Source: Camelus dromedarius (Eukaryota). Taken from it: 64,000 nt of DNA. The notes beneath the pieces were generated by a model. It ran no database searches. It saw only the letters and a list, made by a program, of their open reading frames with translations, and was not told where the DNA came from. Numbering within the stretch: position 1 is the stretch's first letter; every line of letters begins with the position of its first letter. Shown here one piece after another: positions 26,858-40,370 of the stretch. The position numbers were made by a program, and so were the translations under genes. Location of the stretch: contig NC_087437.1 of assembly GCF_036321535.1 (NCBI RefSeq), positions 34,040,001-34,104,000 of the forward strand. The letters are read 5' to 3'.

Positions 26858-27325
26858 GTGCCAGTTATCTGTTGCCACAGTAATGATGTGTAATGAGCAT
26901 TCAGCCACATCAGTGAGACACGATCATAAGCATTGATTTCTGCCACTGATCAGAGCCGGACTCGCCTGAGGCTTACTCGTGCATCTGCGATCAGCCAGAG
27001 GTTGGCAAGGTGCTCCTGGCTGAGCTCTCTCAGGTGCCTGGGGCTTCCGTTGGGGCAACGGTCAGTTGAGCTCTGTGCTATGAAGTCCGTCATCTGCCAG
27101 CAGGCTGAGCTGGACTTTTCTGTGGGCAGCGGCAGGCTTCCCTGCGGGGAAACTCGGAACTGGACTCGGTCACTTCCTCTGCATTCTGTTGGCCAAGGCA
27201 AGTCAGGAGGCCAGCCCAGGGGTAGGGAAATAGGCTCCACCTCTCGATGGAAGAAGCCGCGGTCATATTACAGAGGGACCAGATGCAGGGGAAGAACTGG
27301 GGCCATTTTTACAATCAGGCTGTCA
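26858..27325 (-). mobile_element. MLT1-type (ERVL-MaLR) LTR
   Basis: cagttatctgttgcc...cattctgttggccaaggcaagtca...ggaaataggctccacctctcgatgg. Confidence 0.65.
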
Positions 27326-29734
27326 CAGATCTGGGGCAGGTTATCTGATTTCGCTGAGCAGCCACTGCCTTGCCCATAATCCACTGGTGGTCGTACAGCC
27401 CAAGGAGAGGATGTTGTGAATGCACTTTTAAACTCAAAATCAATGCAACCGTTCAAGTGAAGTTAAATAAAGGCGGTGCAGGGGATAAAACCGAAGAACC
27501 TTAACCATGCCTGTGTGGATACTTGTGGTCTGAGCTGGTGCTGGGAGACTCCTGTTTCTAAAATCAAAAAACCCCAAACAGTTCTGGGGTTCGGAGCTGG
27601 CCATCAGACCAGGGCCCTCCCAGTCACTGAAACCCAAGGCTGAGGACAAAGGCCAGATTCACAGTGCTGCTGCCCCACGAGAAGTCCCAGCAGACTTAAA
27701 GACCATCACATCACTGGTCTCAGGGAGGAAACTGGTCTTGTCCCTGTATTTTGAAAAAAGTGTTATCTTGATACCAAATCATATTACCATGCAGATAGGT
27801 TTTTGATATATCCTCTTAGTAGTTAAAATCTTCCCATCTCCCAGTCTCAATTCCGTGCATATTTTAATAATATCTCCAGGAATGGTAGTTGGAACTCAGC
27901 ACAAGTATTTTCAAAGTAAGTTTTCCTCATTGTAAATGCCAAGCGGACGTCGGTTCTGAACAGCCTCTTGACTAAATGCCTTCCCGCTCCTGGCCAGCAG
28001 GCACTGTCACTCAGAAAGCCACTTCCACTCACACTGAGACATCCAGGACACAGTCTTTTATCTTTTCATGTTTCTGAGCATTCGCCATCCAGAACACCCC
28101 TCTCCAGACCCACGGGCTCCTTGGCAGTAACTCTGGGCAGCAGTGTGATTTTTCATGGCCTGAGGAGCAGAGGTTTCTGGGGTAACCAGGGTGCAGACCT
28201 TCCAGAAATAAAATCCACAGGCAAGGCAGACGTTAGGCAGCCTTTTTGATATAGCACTCTGCCAAATGCCACTCAAAACATCCAGTAACCTGGAATTGGT
28301 TACCTTAAATCATATCAGTAATTAACAAGAAGAGGATTGTGTTTTGTGTTTTGTTTTCACCTCAGACGGTGCCTGAGAGATTCCAGGTCAATTAGCCACC
28401 ACCCCCCACCCACCCACCCCGCTCCCCAGCAGCTTGGATTCTGCCAGACTGTGTAGCCTGGTTGCAAGTGAGGCTGGAGGCACTGCAGTGAGAGGGAAGG
28501 AGGCCGGGACTCCAGGTGGCTGGAGTGACAACCTCAGAACAGCCAGGCCTCCCCAGGGTGGGAGGGGGCCTGGAACAGGGGTTATCATTCCTGGACCCTG
28601 TGGCTCAGAGGCTTTCAGCCGCTCCAGGTGGCCCCACTCACCCCAAAGCCAGGCCTCTGCTTGGGAGCTGTGGTTGGGTTTCCCCAAAGCCACCTTCATC
28701 TTAAAACCCGCTTAAAGGCTAAAGGCAAACAAATCCTTCTTGAAACCTGAGTCCGTTTTAAGATGTCTTTACTAAAATCCCCGCTGAACTATTAACTGTT
28801 ATGTCATATAATTTCCTTTTCCTGAGAGTAACATTCTTGGTGATTACCGCCATGAGGAATTAGAAGTCTCACCCTGTAAGAAGCTCTGCTCAGTTTCCCA
28901 CGGTGATAATGTGTTACTAAGGCGACTTTCTGAGTTTCTACCTGAGGCTTTTTTTCATTTCACTCCGACTACTAAATCCTTCCCTTTTTTTTTTTTCCTT
29001 TTCCTTTCTTGAGTTAGAAATGCTGTGTGGGATGGTTGATTTAGGTCTGAGTTGATCCTTAGCACAAAGGTCAGTTTGAGGGCAGAACAACAGAATTTAT
29101 GATCAGACTTTCTTAGAATGAAAATATATAGCTTTAGATGTTTTAAACCTTATTTTGCAGTGGCATCGTGGGTTATTTTATGTCTTTATGATCTGTGTAT
29201 ATAGTGGCCAGACACTTCTTTGCAAGACTTTAGCTGTTCAATAAATAGGAAATGCTACACAATCCTAGATTAAAATTAGGTTTAATTTAACATGTCTTTT
29301 TTTATTTTAAAATACGACTTTAAAATCTGGCTGGCTTTAATTTGCACTTTTATTTCCCACTATCTTCCATCTATGGGTCTTGAGTTTTATTGTTAAAAAT
29401 GGGTTAATTGGGGTTCTTTTTTTTTATCAACTATGGATAATAAATTTTAAAACTTAATTTATATGGGATCAAAGGGTAACCCAAACATACTAGATTTCTC
29501 CCAGGGGGAAAAATATTCCAATGGCAGAAAGTTAAAAGGAGACAAATTCCAGCTCAGTAGAAGTCCAAGCTGCCTAACAGTTAAAGTCAGCTCGAGGCTG
29601 CTCTCAGCAAGTCAGCTGGGCATCAGGGATTGCTGTGACCAGGCCAGGTATTCAAGTAGGTGACCTCAGAGAGCCCTTTACAAAGTCATATGACCTCTAA
29701 ACTTCTGAGTTCCTCTGGGCTTTCAGGAAGTAGA

Positions 29735-29920
29735 GAGGCAGGAATAATAAACTTGTACGGACCACCTGCCCTGTGCCCAGCTCTGAGCTCTTTTCATTCT
29801 CCCTACAAAACACTGCGTTATTCACCCAATTTTACAGATGAGGAAACTGAGGGTCATAAAGCAATGTGCCTAGGGAAAGAAGTGAGGATTCAAAACTTAA
29901 GTCCCACTGACTCCAGGCAC
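29735..29920 (-). mobile_element. MIR SINE
   Basis: cccaattttacagatgaggaaactgagg core. Confidence 0.8.
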
Positions 29921-31386
29921 CCTGAGCTGATCACAGCAGAACCTGTTGGCTTCTGCGCCCAGCCCTGGACCTGGGTCCCCTCGGCTGCTCAGGAGGGCAG
30001 GGAGGAAATGGAACTGGACCTGCTGAGGGAAAGGCTGCATTTCCTTCCTGGGGAGGTAAGCTGGGACTAGCAGTAATTATAGAAGTTAACAATAGATGGC
30101 AGTACAAACACGTAACAATGATGGTGCCTGTGTTAAATCAGTACATTTGCTTTTCCTGGGTTCTGTATTGTTTTTCATCAAAGAAGTGCTTTAAATGAGT
30201 CATGTGATATCTTCTACAGAGCATCCCAACCCAGTGGAATTAAAAAAAAAAAAAAAAGAAAGCCAACGCAAATGTCAACTATCAGAGGAGTTGCTTTTTG
30301 CCTTTCTCGCTGTGACAGTGATAACACCAGGGCAGATTCAGCGTCCGCTGCCATAAACCTGGATGGCACAAGCCTCCTTATGATCCCTTGCTGCTTAGAA
30401 GCCTCCTTGGGCTTTTCTCTCTCTAAGGTCATGCATGACTGCGGCTACTAGGGATGCTAAGAAAAGGACTTCTTGAAAAACCCTTTGTTGTCAAACAGTA
30501 ATAAAATGGGTTCGACTTCAAACGAAGGTGAGGACACAGAGTTGGATCCACAGCCTGGCTACGTGTATAGAAGATACACAGCCAGGTGGCCCTTTGTGAC
30601 CACATTTCCAACAACATCCCTCTGGGAGCTTCCCAGATTCTCCACAAGCATAATGAGCTCCCAAGACGTCTCTGCCTCTGAGGCTCTGTGCGCGAGGCAG
30701 CCGTGGAACCTTGCTATGTTCCAACACTGTGCCTTCCTGCCTGGGTGGGGGGTTTTCTTAAGTTTCTCTTGAGTGAACCTCCAGTGTGTTTTTTTCTTAA
30801 TGACGTAAATGAGCCCTTTCAGTTGGCTTTCAGCAACTGCCTTAAATAAAATTTTCCTTCAGACAACCCTATTCTGTGGGGGTAGTGGGGAGGAGCCTTT
30901 CGCCGGAGAGCTATGGCCAAGGCATGCCAGCTCTAATGAGCATCTTTGGGTTGTCCCCATGGGACAGGACACTGGATGACACCAGGCAGCCTTATTTGGC
31001 TGAGGACCCATTCATCTTCCTCGACAGAAATGTAAACTCAGTGTCTCAACACATTTTTATTATGCACCAGCTGTGGATTTGGTGTTATGCTGGATGCTAT
31101 CATGTGACCTTAAACTGTTTTTCACCCAACATGAATTTGTGTGTGAAAAAAACTAATACAATATGAGTAAAGGTTATAATTTTATCATTTATCAACTTAT
31201 CAAATTATCTTTCTTATCCTCTAGTAGAAGTGACCGTTTCTGAGTTGGGGGTAATATTGGTCACTCCCTTCTCCATGTGAAGGGCTCATTAAATGACTCT
31301 CTGTTAGCAAAGCCAGACAGCTCTTTTGGATGCTGCCAGATAACAGACAGCCGAGTGGAATGAGTGTCCTGTCTGCTTCTGCCCAG

Positions 31387-31504
31387 CCTGCAGAGTGGGA
31401 TGAACCTGCAGATATGCTTCGTCAACGACAGCGGCAGCGATAAGGACAGCGATGCTGACGACAGCAAGACCGAAACCAGCCTGGACACCCCGTTGTCTCC
31501 CATG
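31387..31504 (+). CDS. SCHIP1: SCHIP1 coding exon ([39 protein letters not shown])
   Basis: Acceptor cttctgcccAG, donor ATG|GTGAGT; 118 nt; phase 2 start completes Arg (CG+C); lies within ORF 31364..31648. Confidence 0.97.
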
Positions 31505-31826
31505 GTGAGTCCCAGAGCCGTCACGCCAGCTCAGGGTGCACCTTCCTGGTCATTCAGCGTCGTCTCTTCTGTGGTTAGTCAGGAACAAACACTGGAGAGG
31601 TTAAAAAAGAAACGTCTCGTGACGTTTCTTGACGTGACACACTCCTAAAACCTGGCAGTGACTGAAAAATCAAAATGGTGATCCCAGAAAGGTAATAAGC
31701 TCTGATAAAGTTAGCAGCTACTTTCATGTTAAACTATAAAAGAAATCACATAGGCCCTAAAAATTGTAAAGGAAAATATGCTGTACGTTAATCGTTCCCC
31801 ATTGGGCTTAGAAATAATCAGCACAG

Positions 31827-31911
31827 GGTGGTTGGGGATATGATAGAGTGTATGCTTAAAATATGTGAGGTCTTGGGTTCAACCCCCAGTACCTCCATTA
31901 AAAAAGAGAAA
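31827..31911 (+). mobile_element. tRNA-derived SINE (camelid vic-1-like)
   Basis: B-box gggttcaacccccagtacctccattaaaaaa; TSD-like gaaataatcagcacag (31811-31826) and gaaacatgagcacag (31912-31926). Confidence 0.75.
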
Positions 31912-32587
31912 GAAACATGAGCACAGACTAGCAGCAGGACACATTTTAAAAGGTAGGGGATGGGGTCGGGACAGGGGTGGGAAGGCTAGCACACAGAGAT
32001 GTTGCTCAAAGAAACCAGCAAGGTAGTATATATTGAGCAATGCCTCCTTGTTCCTTGCACACATATTACAGAAGAGAGTTCAGTGACCCCAGGTGCCGAT
32101 GGCTGAAATTCTTTCCTTTCTGTGAGGTCTGTCTACCTTTCTTATCAGAGACCAACTCGCAGGAAACCATGTGGGTCACTGTGTGCAATGCCACGTCAGA
32201 ACTTCACTGGACATCTCAGATCCTGCCCGCTCCAGGAAGCAACCCATCACCTTTGCTCTGGGTTAAATATTTTACTGTGTCTGTTCACTTCAGGAAAGTT
32301 TTGGAGTAAGAATCAAAGAAATGTCTCAAGGTTTTCATAAGCAGAGTCTCCCTATGATTAGTTATGCTATTCTTTATGCTAAAATCAGAGTCAATTTTTG
32401 ACACTGAGGGAAGAAACTCTCTTTTCAAATGTTACTTGAAACTGTTACAGATCAAATTGAGACCTGAGTCGCGCTGATGGAGGGGGCCCTTGGCCGCTCT
32501 GAGAGAGGGTTCAGGGAACGCCGTAGCCCATCCCCAAAGATGGCACCTGGCACGGAAAGCTCAGGGCTGTTCTTTTTCCCTTCGCAG

Positions 32588-32785
32588 AGCAAACAGAGTT
32601 CTTCCTATTCCGATAGAGACACTACTGAAGAAGAATCCGAGTCCCTGGATGACATGGATTTCCTCACAAGGCAAAAGAAATTGCAAGCTGAAGCCAAAAT
32701 GGCCCTTGCCATGGCCAAACCAATGGCCAAAATGCAAGTAGAAGTGGAAAAACAGAACAGGAAAAAGTCTCCGGTCGCTGATCTC
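32588..32785 (+). CDS. SCHIP1: SCHIP1 coding exon ([18 protein letters not shown]...KKSPVADL), 66 codons
   Basis: Acceptor ctttttcccttcgcAG, donor CTC|GTAAGC; 198 nt, phase 0-0; lies within ORF 32477..32899. Confidence 0.97.
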
Positions 32786-33144
32786 GTAAGCAGCGAATGC
32801 CTTAACGCAAGCCAGGGTTTGGTGACTCCAAGTGGTTGGCTCTGTCTTAGTCCTTTCCCGGAGTTATGCAAACTTGGGTTTCTGCAAGGCAGTGTGTAAA
32901 ACGTACTGTCATTGAGAAATATCTGTTTATTTTTCCTTCCGTCTGTATGGCTGGAGGATACATATGCAACAGATTTCACAAAAGTAAACTTTGCTCTTGA
33001 TTCCTGCCTGCTGTGTGTCTTAGGAGCAATGTTACCCATCATGGGAGTGTTTTAATTCCTTCAGAGCAACCTCAGTTTCAGAGCTCGTTGCTGTGGCAAA
33101 CTCACTATTGCTTTAGCTCTTGTTCCCACTTTTCAATGAAGACA

Positions 33145-33345
33145 ATATGGCAGAGTGGGTAAGAGCCCTGGGCTTTGGAGCCTAAGTCTGGCTCTGCCAT
33201 TGACCTGCTGTGGGGCTCTGGGCACATCTCAGTTTTCTCACCTATAAAATGGGAATAACGCCTGTGTCAGAGCACAATTGTGAGAATTCAGTGGGAAAAG
33301 TGTTCAGAGCACTTAGCACAGTGCCTGCAGCCTGGTATTAACTAG
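33145..33345 (+). mobile_element. MIR SINE
   Basis: gggtaagagccctgggctttggag...ctcagttttctcacctataaaatgggaataa...cacttagcacagtgcctg. Confidence 0.85.
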
Positions 33346-33690
33346 TAACTTGCTGATATTACTGATTTTGTCCGTGTGATTGATATTACTTACGCTCCCT
33401 GGGAATTCATTTGTTGATACCATAACAGACTCTCAGTTGTCACGGCCTGTGTTAAAGAGCAGTCCAGAAGCTTTTGATTTGAGTCGTGTCCCATTTTGAT
33501 GCCGAGAGCATCTTAGACAATGTGTAGGGAGGGCCTCACATTGGAAAAGTCAGACTGGGAAAGCTTTTAAGCCAGAAACCCGAACTGAAGTGGGTGAATG
33601 AAGGTGGGACTTTTAGGAGAAAGCTGGGTCGTATGTTCAGTGCGCTTGCTGCTCTGTTCACGCCTCCATTTCTTCCCTTTGTATCTTCAG

Positions 33691-33814
33691 CTGCCACACA
33701 TGCCTCATATAAGTGAATGTTTGATGAAAAGAAGTTTAAAGCCCACTGACCTGAGAGACATGACTATCGGGCAGCTACAAGTCATAGTCAATGATCTCCA
33801 TTCCCAGATAGAAA
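33691..33814 (+). CDS. SCHIP1: SCHIP1 coding exon ([41 protein letters not shown])
   Basis: Acceptor ccctttgtatcttcAG, donor GAAA|GTAAGT; 124 nt, phase 0-1. Confidence 0.97.
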
Positions 33815-34519
33815 GTAAGTGTAAGAGGTGCTGGAAAATGGGATATCAAGTGTAAAATATGTCGGGATGGATAGTACTGCTTCCTTGATTCAGTTTCTTG
33901 GGGTCCTCACTGGGGTCCATTCATTGGGGTCTTCCTGCATCCTTGCAAGAAAAGGAAGAGAATCACGAGGCTCTCCTTTTGATTATGTTTCTGTTTTTAC
34001 TGTAAAGTGTTGAGAAACTTGAAGAATTTTTCAAGGTTCCACAGCTTAGGGGTCCTTTTTATTAATATGAAATCCCTAGCTCCTAGCAGAGTGCCTGGCA
34101 TATATTTAGCTCGAATTACCTGTTTATAGAAGTGATTTAGTACTTACAAGTCACTTATTGGAGAGTTAGACTCTTGACTTCACTTGTATATATGTTCATT
34201 CTGAGTCATCAAATCAAATTTGACTTATGTCATGGGACTCCAGGTGGTGAAAGCATGTGTGACCAATATGTGTAAACTATAGAGTGAGAAAGACTGGGCC
34301 TTTCCCCCCAGAATAAGAAGGACTTCTACTGGAAGTTGGGGGCGGTGAGTGAATAGTACTCACTCAAAGTGCTGGGTTGTGCAGAGAAGGGCAGGTGCTG
34401 GGCCAGTGAAGGAGAGAGCATGCTCAGTCAGGCAGAGTGATTAGTCCAGCCGAACTCATGAGCCCTCTAGCCTCCAGAAACACGAGTCCATACAGCCCAT
34501 GGCTTATAGATTGAAACCA

Positions 34520-34892
34520 CCTAAGAGACATGCCAACCAAATGCAAACCAACTACAAAAAAGCATTTAGGAGCCAAGTGGGGAAATTTGACCACTGACTG
34601 AATGTTTTATTAAAGATTTACTTACTCACCTATGACCGAGGTATTACGGTTATGGTAAGTTTTTTAAAAGAGCCCTGTCTTTAGAGATACATACGGAACC
34701 ATTTACAGATAAAGTTATATGATGCCTGGAATTTGCTTTAAAAATCCTGTAAGAGAAGGAGCGACAAATGAGTCAAGACTGGCCATGAGTTGGTAATTGT
34801 GGAAGCTGCTTGATGCATGGGGCAGGGGGTTCATTGAACAATTCTCTTTACTTTTGTATCATTTTAAAAATTTCCATAATGAAACATTTAAA
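34520..34892 (+). mobile_element. Old L1M 3' UTR fragment
   Basis: ttagagatacatac...atttacagat...tatgatgcctggaatttgctttaaaa...aaaatttccataat. Confidence 0.7.
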
Positions 34893-36259
34893 ACTTCATA
34901 TGGGAAAAACATTCTCATACACTATGCAGGCGCTGTACTGGGTGCCAGACTAAAAAGCTACCCTAAGAACCCACTCGAAAAAAAATAAAATTGGATGCAT
35001 TCAGTGGCAACTTAATACATTCAGTATAGTTTTAAAGTCAAGAGAAAGGATTTAACATTTTAATTAAGAAACTGTAGATTCACAGGGTTTTTTAAAATTC
35101 TACTACATTTTAATTTGAGTTGAGAATAAATTACTAGGAGTGTTATGCTTTCAAGGACTTAAAAGGCTTTCTGATATTTTACCACTGAAATATCTTCCTT
35201 AGACTTTTAGATAATAACATTGCCATCTAGTCCTTTTCAGGGGTAGGTGAAATTTTAGACCTCTTTGATTTTTTTTTTCTCCTTTTTTAAAATTGAAAAC
35301 TGGTCTGAACTACAGGCAAATAAATGCATTATTTGAGGTCAGGATCTCTGAAAGCATTTCCAAGGAGGACCTCGCTGAATGCTTCCTTCCTTTCTTTTGT
35401 TTCTGGGCCCAGAGCTCTTGCTAAATGAATGTTACCCTCCATGTGTCCATGTGTCCAAACCTAGAAGCTTTCATTCTCAGCCCTTCTGAGGGGAAAAAGC
35501 AAGAGAACCCTTGGTTTGTTCATATTTTTCAAGGATAGGGCCCAGATTAACCTAGTACACTGATTTCAGAAAGACTAGAAATGTTTCCATCTATTTTATT
35601 GCCAGTGTCAGTCCTAGGGAGTAACTTCCTTGGTACCCACTGTCCGAGATCTCAGGGGTTATTTCTTCAGGTCTTACACATCTGGCTCTCCAATATCTTC
35701 AGATATTACCGTTTCTTAGAACAGGCTGCGCCTTCCCTCAGCTCCAGGAAGCCTTTGAGAATCCCTGAGGTGCCTTCCGCCCCTGCTGGGCGCCTGGTGA
35801 GGCGCTGTCTCAGCGGGGCAGGGGTGCCCTGCAGCCCTCGGTGTGGGAGGAGCATCCGGAAGATGAACGATGGAACACTTAACATGCCCTAGCCTTCTTG
35901 GTTCACATTTCTTCAAAACAAAATCCCGCTTCTTCTAACAAGCTATTTTCCTAACAGCTAACAATTTCTTTTCCCACTTTATAATGTGAATGTAATTGGA
36001 GATACTTCATCCTCCTTTTCTTCCAGTACTTCTGTAATTATGCCAACTAGTCATGTTCTCAAACTGGTGACTTCTCCTGGGCTTGTGAGAAGCTAATGTA
36101 GGAACTCTGAATTTTAGCAAAAATGCCTTCCTGCTATGTTTAGCTGTTTGTATATATGGGTGTATCTATGGTACGTATAGAATGGTCCATAAGTAGCTAT
36201 ACATCCTGACTTAGATGCAGTTGTGTCTATTTCTACATGCTCTCTTTTCTTTGCCCCAG

Positions 36260-36353
36260 GCTTGAATGAAGAATTGGTCCAGCTGCTTCTCATCCGAGAT
36301 GAGCTGCACACGGAGCAGGACGCCATGCTGGTAGACATCGAAGACTTGACCAG
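36260..36353 (+). CDS. SCHIP1: SCHIP1 coding exon, coiled-coil region ([32 protein letters not shown])
   Basis: Acceptor tctcttttctttgccccAG, donor AG|GTCAGT; 94 nt, phase 1-2. Confidence 0.97.
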
Positions 36354-38099
36354 GTCAGTGGTGCCTCACCCTTTCCAAAGAAGGAAAGAAGCCTGGGATG
36401 GTCTGAAGTTTAAGAATTAAGGCAAGAGTGAGCTCTAGAGAACTTCTTCCCTTCTTCCATAAGTAATTCGCCTAATCTCTGCTGGTGTCAGCTGGTTAGA
36501 TGGAAGGGAAGCAGCCAAAGCTGCTCCTATCCAAATGCATTGCTTGTGATGGATGGTCAGTGCCTTAGAACGTCATACACCCCCACCTAAATCAGGTCAG
36601 CAATTCTGGCCTGGGAAGACTTTATCCTGACGGACTATCCCCTGGGGAGTCGGCCCTAAGCCATCCCATGCTGGCATGATTCCAGCACGTGGTGGGTGCC
36701 ACCAAGTGGCCCTTGCTGTTATGTGACCTGACTCTTGATCACATCTGCCATGCCCAGAAGGCAGGGACACTGGCATCTTTCCCCAGCACCAGTGCCACCA
36801 GATTGCTCTCACTATGGGGAAATGCCAAGATGTGCGTTTCTAGCTGGGACTGGCTCCAAGTGCCTCTCTCTAAAGAGGTAAAGAATGCTTTCTTCCCTAG
36901 AGGATAAGGAAATTTGGCTAATGCTGGTCAAGATCTTGCATTTCTTTGTAGTTTTCCTTGTGGAAAAGCCAAGTATATAAAGTATATGAAATACTGTGAG
37001 CATCCCTGTTCTCAGATTTACTACGTTACCTGTTCTGAGAAAGTTTATGGGAAGTCTTTAAACCTTAGGCAACAATTCCTGTTAATCCCAGAAATGGTAT
37101 TCAGAGAGTTGAAGGCTCCCAATGAAAGAAAGAACACTGCTTGTCACAATAACATAAGGAATTAACCACATGATCCAGACCATCCAAGAGAAGCTTGAAA
37201 ACATATGTCGTGAAAAATGCTCTCAGCACCCATGGCAGGGACCTCTTCACAGTGCGTAACACTGGGTAAAATGGTTTTCTAAATGCAATGTTACAGAAAT
37301 AGTTATAGTAGCAAAATAGATACTGCAGAACTATGTTTAGACTGGTTTTAAAGATCTATGGGCAGCACTCTGTTTCATATGCTTTGGATATTATATTGCC
37401 TTGCCCCTAAAAAAAAAAGCCAAAAACCTTGAAGGTCTTCTCCTAACTTCTTAGTATATTTGCCTGCATGTGAGATATCACAGTAACACTCAGATAATAC
37501 TGTTGCCCTTACAGGTGTATTCAGGCACTGCACCAACAACTACAAGACGCATCCCTTTTTATTGGGTTAGAAATTTGCATATAGGGGTTAAGATTATGGG
37601 AAATTCGTGGTGAAATATACAACCAGCACCTGCTTCTTCTGAAAAATATGTCAACTCTATTGTAAACACTGTGACTTGCCTATGATAGCAGAGACTGTTT
37701 CTCTGCCTCTCTAGGCAGCGTTGGCCATCCTCCTTGCAAAGACAACATTCAGAGGGTCCTCCCTTCTCTCAAAGTGTCTTGTTATTATTTAGATTCACAG
37801 TGTATTTTGTTTATACCTTCAGATGATGTGATTATGGGAGACAGGGCAGGCAGAACCGTGGGGTTCAGAGAAAAGAAGTCACTAATTTAAAGGTGTTGGA
37901 GGAACCCTTTAAATTGGAGCAGCTGGGGAGTTTCTACGTCCATTCCTGGCTGCAGAAGTATAATTTTGCCCATGGAGCATTCTAAGGATACTTAAACGTC
38001 CCTAAAGGGGCCCTGAGTTTTCCCCCGACTGGCGGGAAGCCTGTTCACCTGTTCCCTTTACCTGTCTAGCTCCTGCCACTCCAGGTGGCAGTTCAGCTC

Positions 38100-38278
38100 T
38101 GCAGTTCTCAGTTTTGGCTGCACATTTAAACCACCTGGGGTGTTTCATAAAATGCTAATGCCTGGGTCTCACTCCTAGAGATTCTGATTCAATCGTTCTG
38201 TGGAGTAGCCTGTATATTAGGAGTTCTTTAAGCTCCTCAGATGATTCCAGTGCACGGCCTAATTTGAGGACCACTGGG
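38100..38278. mobile_element. MER5-family hAT MITE
   Basis: gttctcagttttggctgcacatt...agagattctgattcaat...gatgattcc...tttgaggaccactg. Confidence 0.75.
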
Positions 38279-38289
38279 GTAGGTCCCTT

Positions 38290-38490
38290 CTCTGTGCTCC
38301 TGACAACATAGCATCCCTCCAAGTGGAGCCTCATCATATTGTGTTATTTTTGCCTGCTGTCTCTCCCTGCCTGACTGTAAACCCCCTGAAAGCAGAGATG
38401 CTGCCATTTCCAGTCATTGTTGTGTCCCCAGAGCCTAAGACAGAGCCTGCCAGGTGCATGGTAGGTCCTTAATATCGATTGTTGATAAAA
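38290..38490 (+). mobile_element. L2 3'-end fragment
   Basis: gactgtaaacccc...tgtgtccccagagcctaagacagagcctg...gtaggtccttaata. Confidence 0.7.
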
Positions 38491-39614
38491 AGAAGTCTGT
38501 GGGGTTTGAGTGAAATAAATCCTAATAAAGACTATCATATAAATAGTTGATGAGAACCTTTTAGTTTTATGGGGTGAAACTCTTCCCCTCCTTTGTTTAA
38601 AATTTTAATGAAATTCACCCTTGTATGTATGTCTCAAGATAACACACCAGTATTTTCTGAAGCTATTTCCTGTCTGTTCTTTCCGTCTCGCTCAGAAAAT
38701 CCCGTGCTGTTTGTGCATGCGCGCACACACACAGAGATTTTAAAGCCAAGGCTGCTGTAAGAGCTATAATTTAATTAGCTACAGTGGAATCTTAGCTGCT
38801 GGGCATCAAAATATTTCTTGAGCTGAATTTAAGTGAGGCCCATGAGCTACTTTATGAAAAAGATCAACTCTTTGCACACAAAAAAGAGCTGGTCTGCTGA
38901 AAGGCATAGTTTTTTAGGCATAGAGTGCTGTTGATATCTTTTTCCTGAGACCTTTTATTGTTAAATGAACATCACCAGTTATTTGTGGGCTGCTGTGTGT
39001 GGCAAGGACACTGCTGCCGCTTCCTTATTTCTGAAAGTTTGTGGTTTGTCTTCCCTGTACCATAGATGCATAATACCAATGAGTTAAACTTGACGTCACT
39101 GACGTAGCCTAGGCAGCACGCAAAAACTGCCCCTGAATCTTTGATGACAACTGGAAACCACACTCTTAGATGCTCTTCTCTTGCCCAATTTATAATTTCC
39201 CTAAGATCCTCCTTCAAAACGTTTGTCTTTTTGCAGCCTTCAGACCCTACCACTCTCTGGGGAGACGTTTAATTAGTGCTCATTCAAGTGATGTAAGCAG
39301 CTTGGTCTTGCCTCCCACCCCGTCTGCACTGGCCAGCTGCTATGTTGGCCCAAAGTTGGGCTCACAGGCCATTATTGAGCCTGAAGGGTGAGAAGACTTC
39401 ACCGCCCTGCCCCTGCCCTCCCTGCCAATCATGCCGTTAGGACTGATGGAGGGGAGGAGAGGGAGGGGGATGCCAACATGGAAAATCTTTACATCCACAA
39501 AGGGCTATCATTTGTTAGGAAGACATTAGCCTCTGTGAGACTGAAATCGGATTATTAACAGGAGCCTGGTTAATACTTAGATTTGTGTCTGTGCGCCTGT
39601 GTTTCAAGTAGTCA

Positions 39615-39835
39615 CTAGTTGCTTTCTGTCACAACACCTTTTTTTGATTGTTGCTTAGCACCCATTTTCTACCTCCCATTTCCTGGTTTTGCGGTTTGTT
39701 CCTTTCTTGTCTCTTTCCATTGGAATATAGACTCCCCGAGAACAAAGGCATCCTTGTCTGCTCACCACCAAGTCCCTGGCACCCCGAGCAGCGCCTGGCG
39801 CGGAGCAGGCACATACTAGACATTTGCTGAATAAA
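39615..39835 (+). mobile_element. L2 3'-end fragment
   Basis: tggaatatagactcc...agcagcgcctggc...atttgctgaataaa. Confidence 0.55.
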
Positions 39836-40116
39836 CTGTCCCAGCTGCTTTTCTTCTTTCATTTTTAAATGCAGCACGTTTCTTCCCAAAGGTAGTGACA
39901 GATCCATGTCTCAGGTTAATCCAGTGGCTCACTAGGAATCGTACATAGAATATAAACATTGAAAGCAGGCGAATCAATTTGACTTGAGTAACTCTTTCTT
40001 GATTCTCTTGATTTCACTATGAGTAACTCTGAACGAACCTTGGTTTGGAGGATGTTTTAGCTGCTGGTTTGGCTCTTTCTTCTTAGCACTAAATAATCAT
40101 ATTATTAATCTCACAG

Positions 40117-40168
40117 ACACGCCGAGAGTCAGCAGAAGCACATGGCAGAGAAAATGCCGGCAAAGTGA
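40117..40168 (+). CDS. SCHIP1: SCHIP1 terminal coding exon (R-HAESQQKHMAEKMPAK*)
   Basis: Acceptor aatctcacAG; A+CAC GCC GAG...GCA AAG TGA; stop at 40166-40168; matches the recalled SCHIP1 C-terminus. Confidence 0.96.
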
Positions 40169-40370
40169 AAAGAAGCCATCCAACCAGAGGACAAGCTAGA
40201 ATTTATTTTGCTTCTGTGGTTGTAAAAATGCTGTTGCTAAAGGTGGCGCAGAAACAAACAAATGTCAGTGTTAGTCATTGATCATGTCTGAAGCTTAACG
40301 TCCGGTGATTGGCCTTTGCTTCTTAATTTATTTTCATTTTTGTACTGTGCCACTAACTATCAGGCATTTT

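Noticed and set aside
32605..33042. 145-aa antisense ORF over a SCHIP1 exon
   Set aside because: Shadow ORF of the coding strand.
38075..38092. CTCF-like motif gccactccaggtggcagt
   Set aside because: Partial match only; such matches are common by chance.
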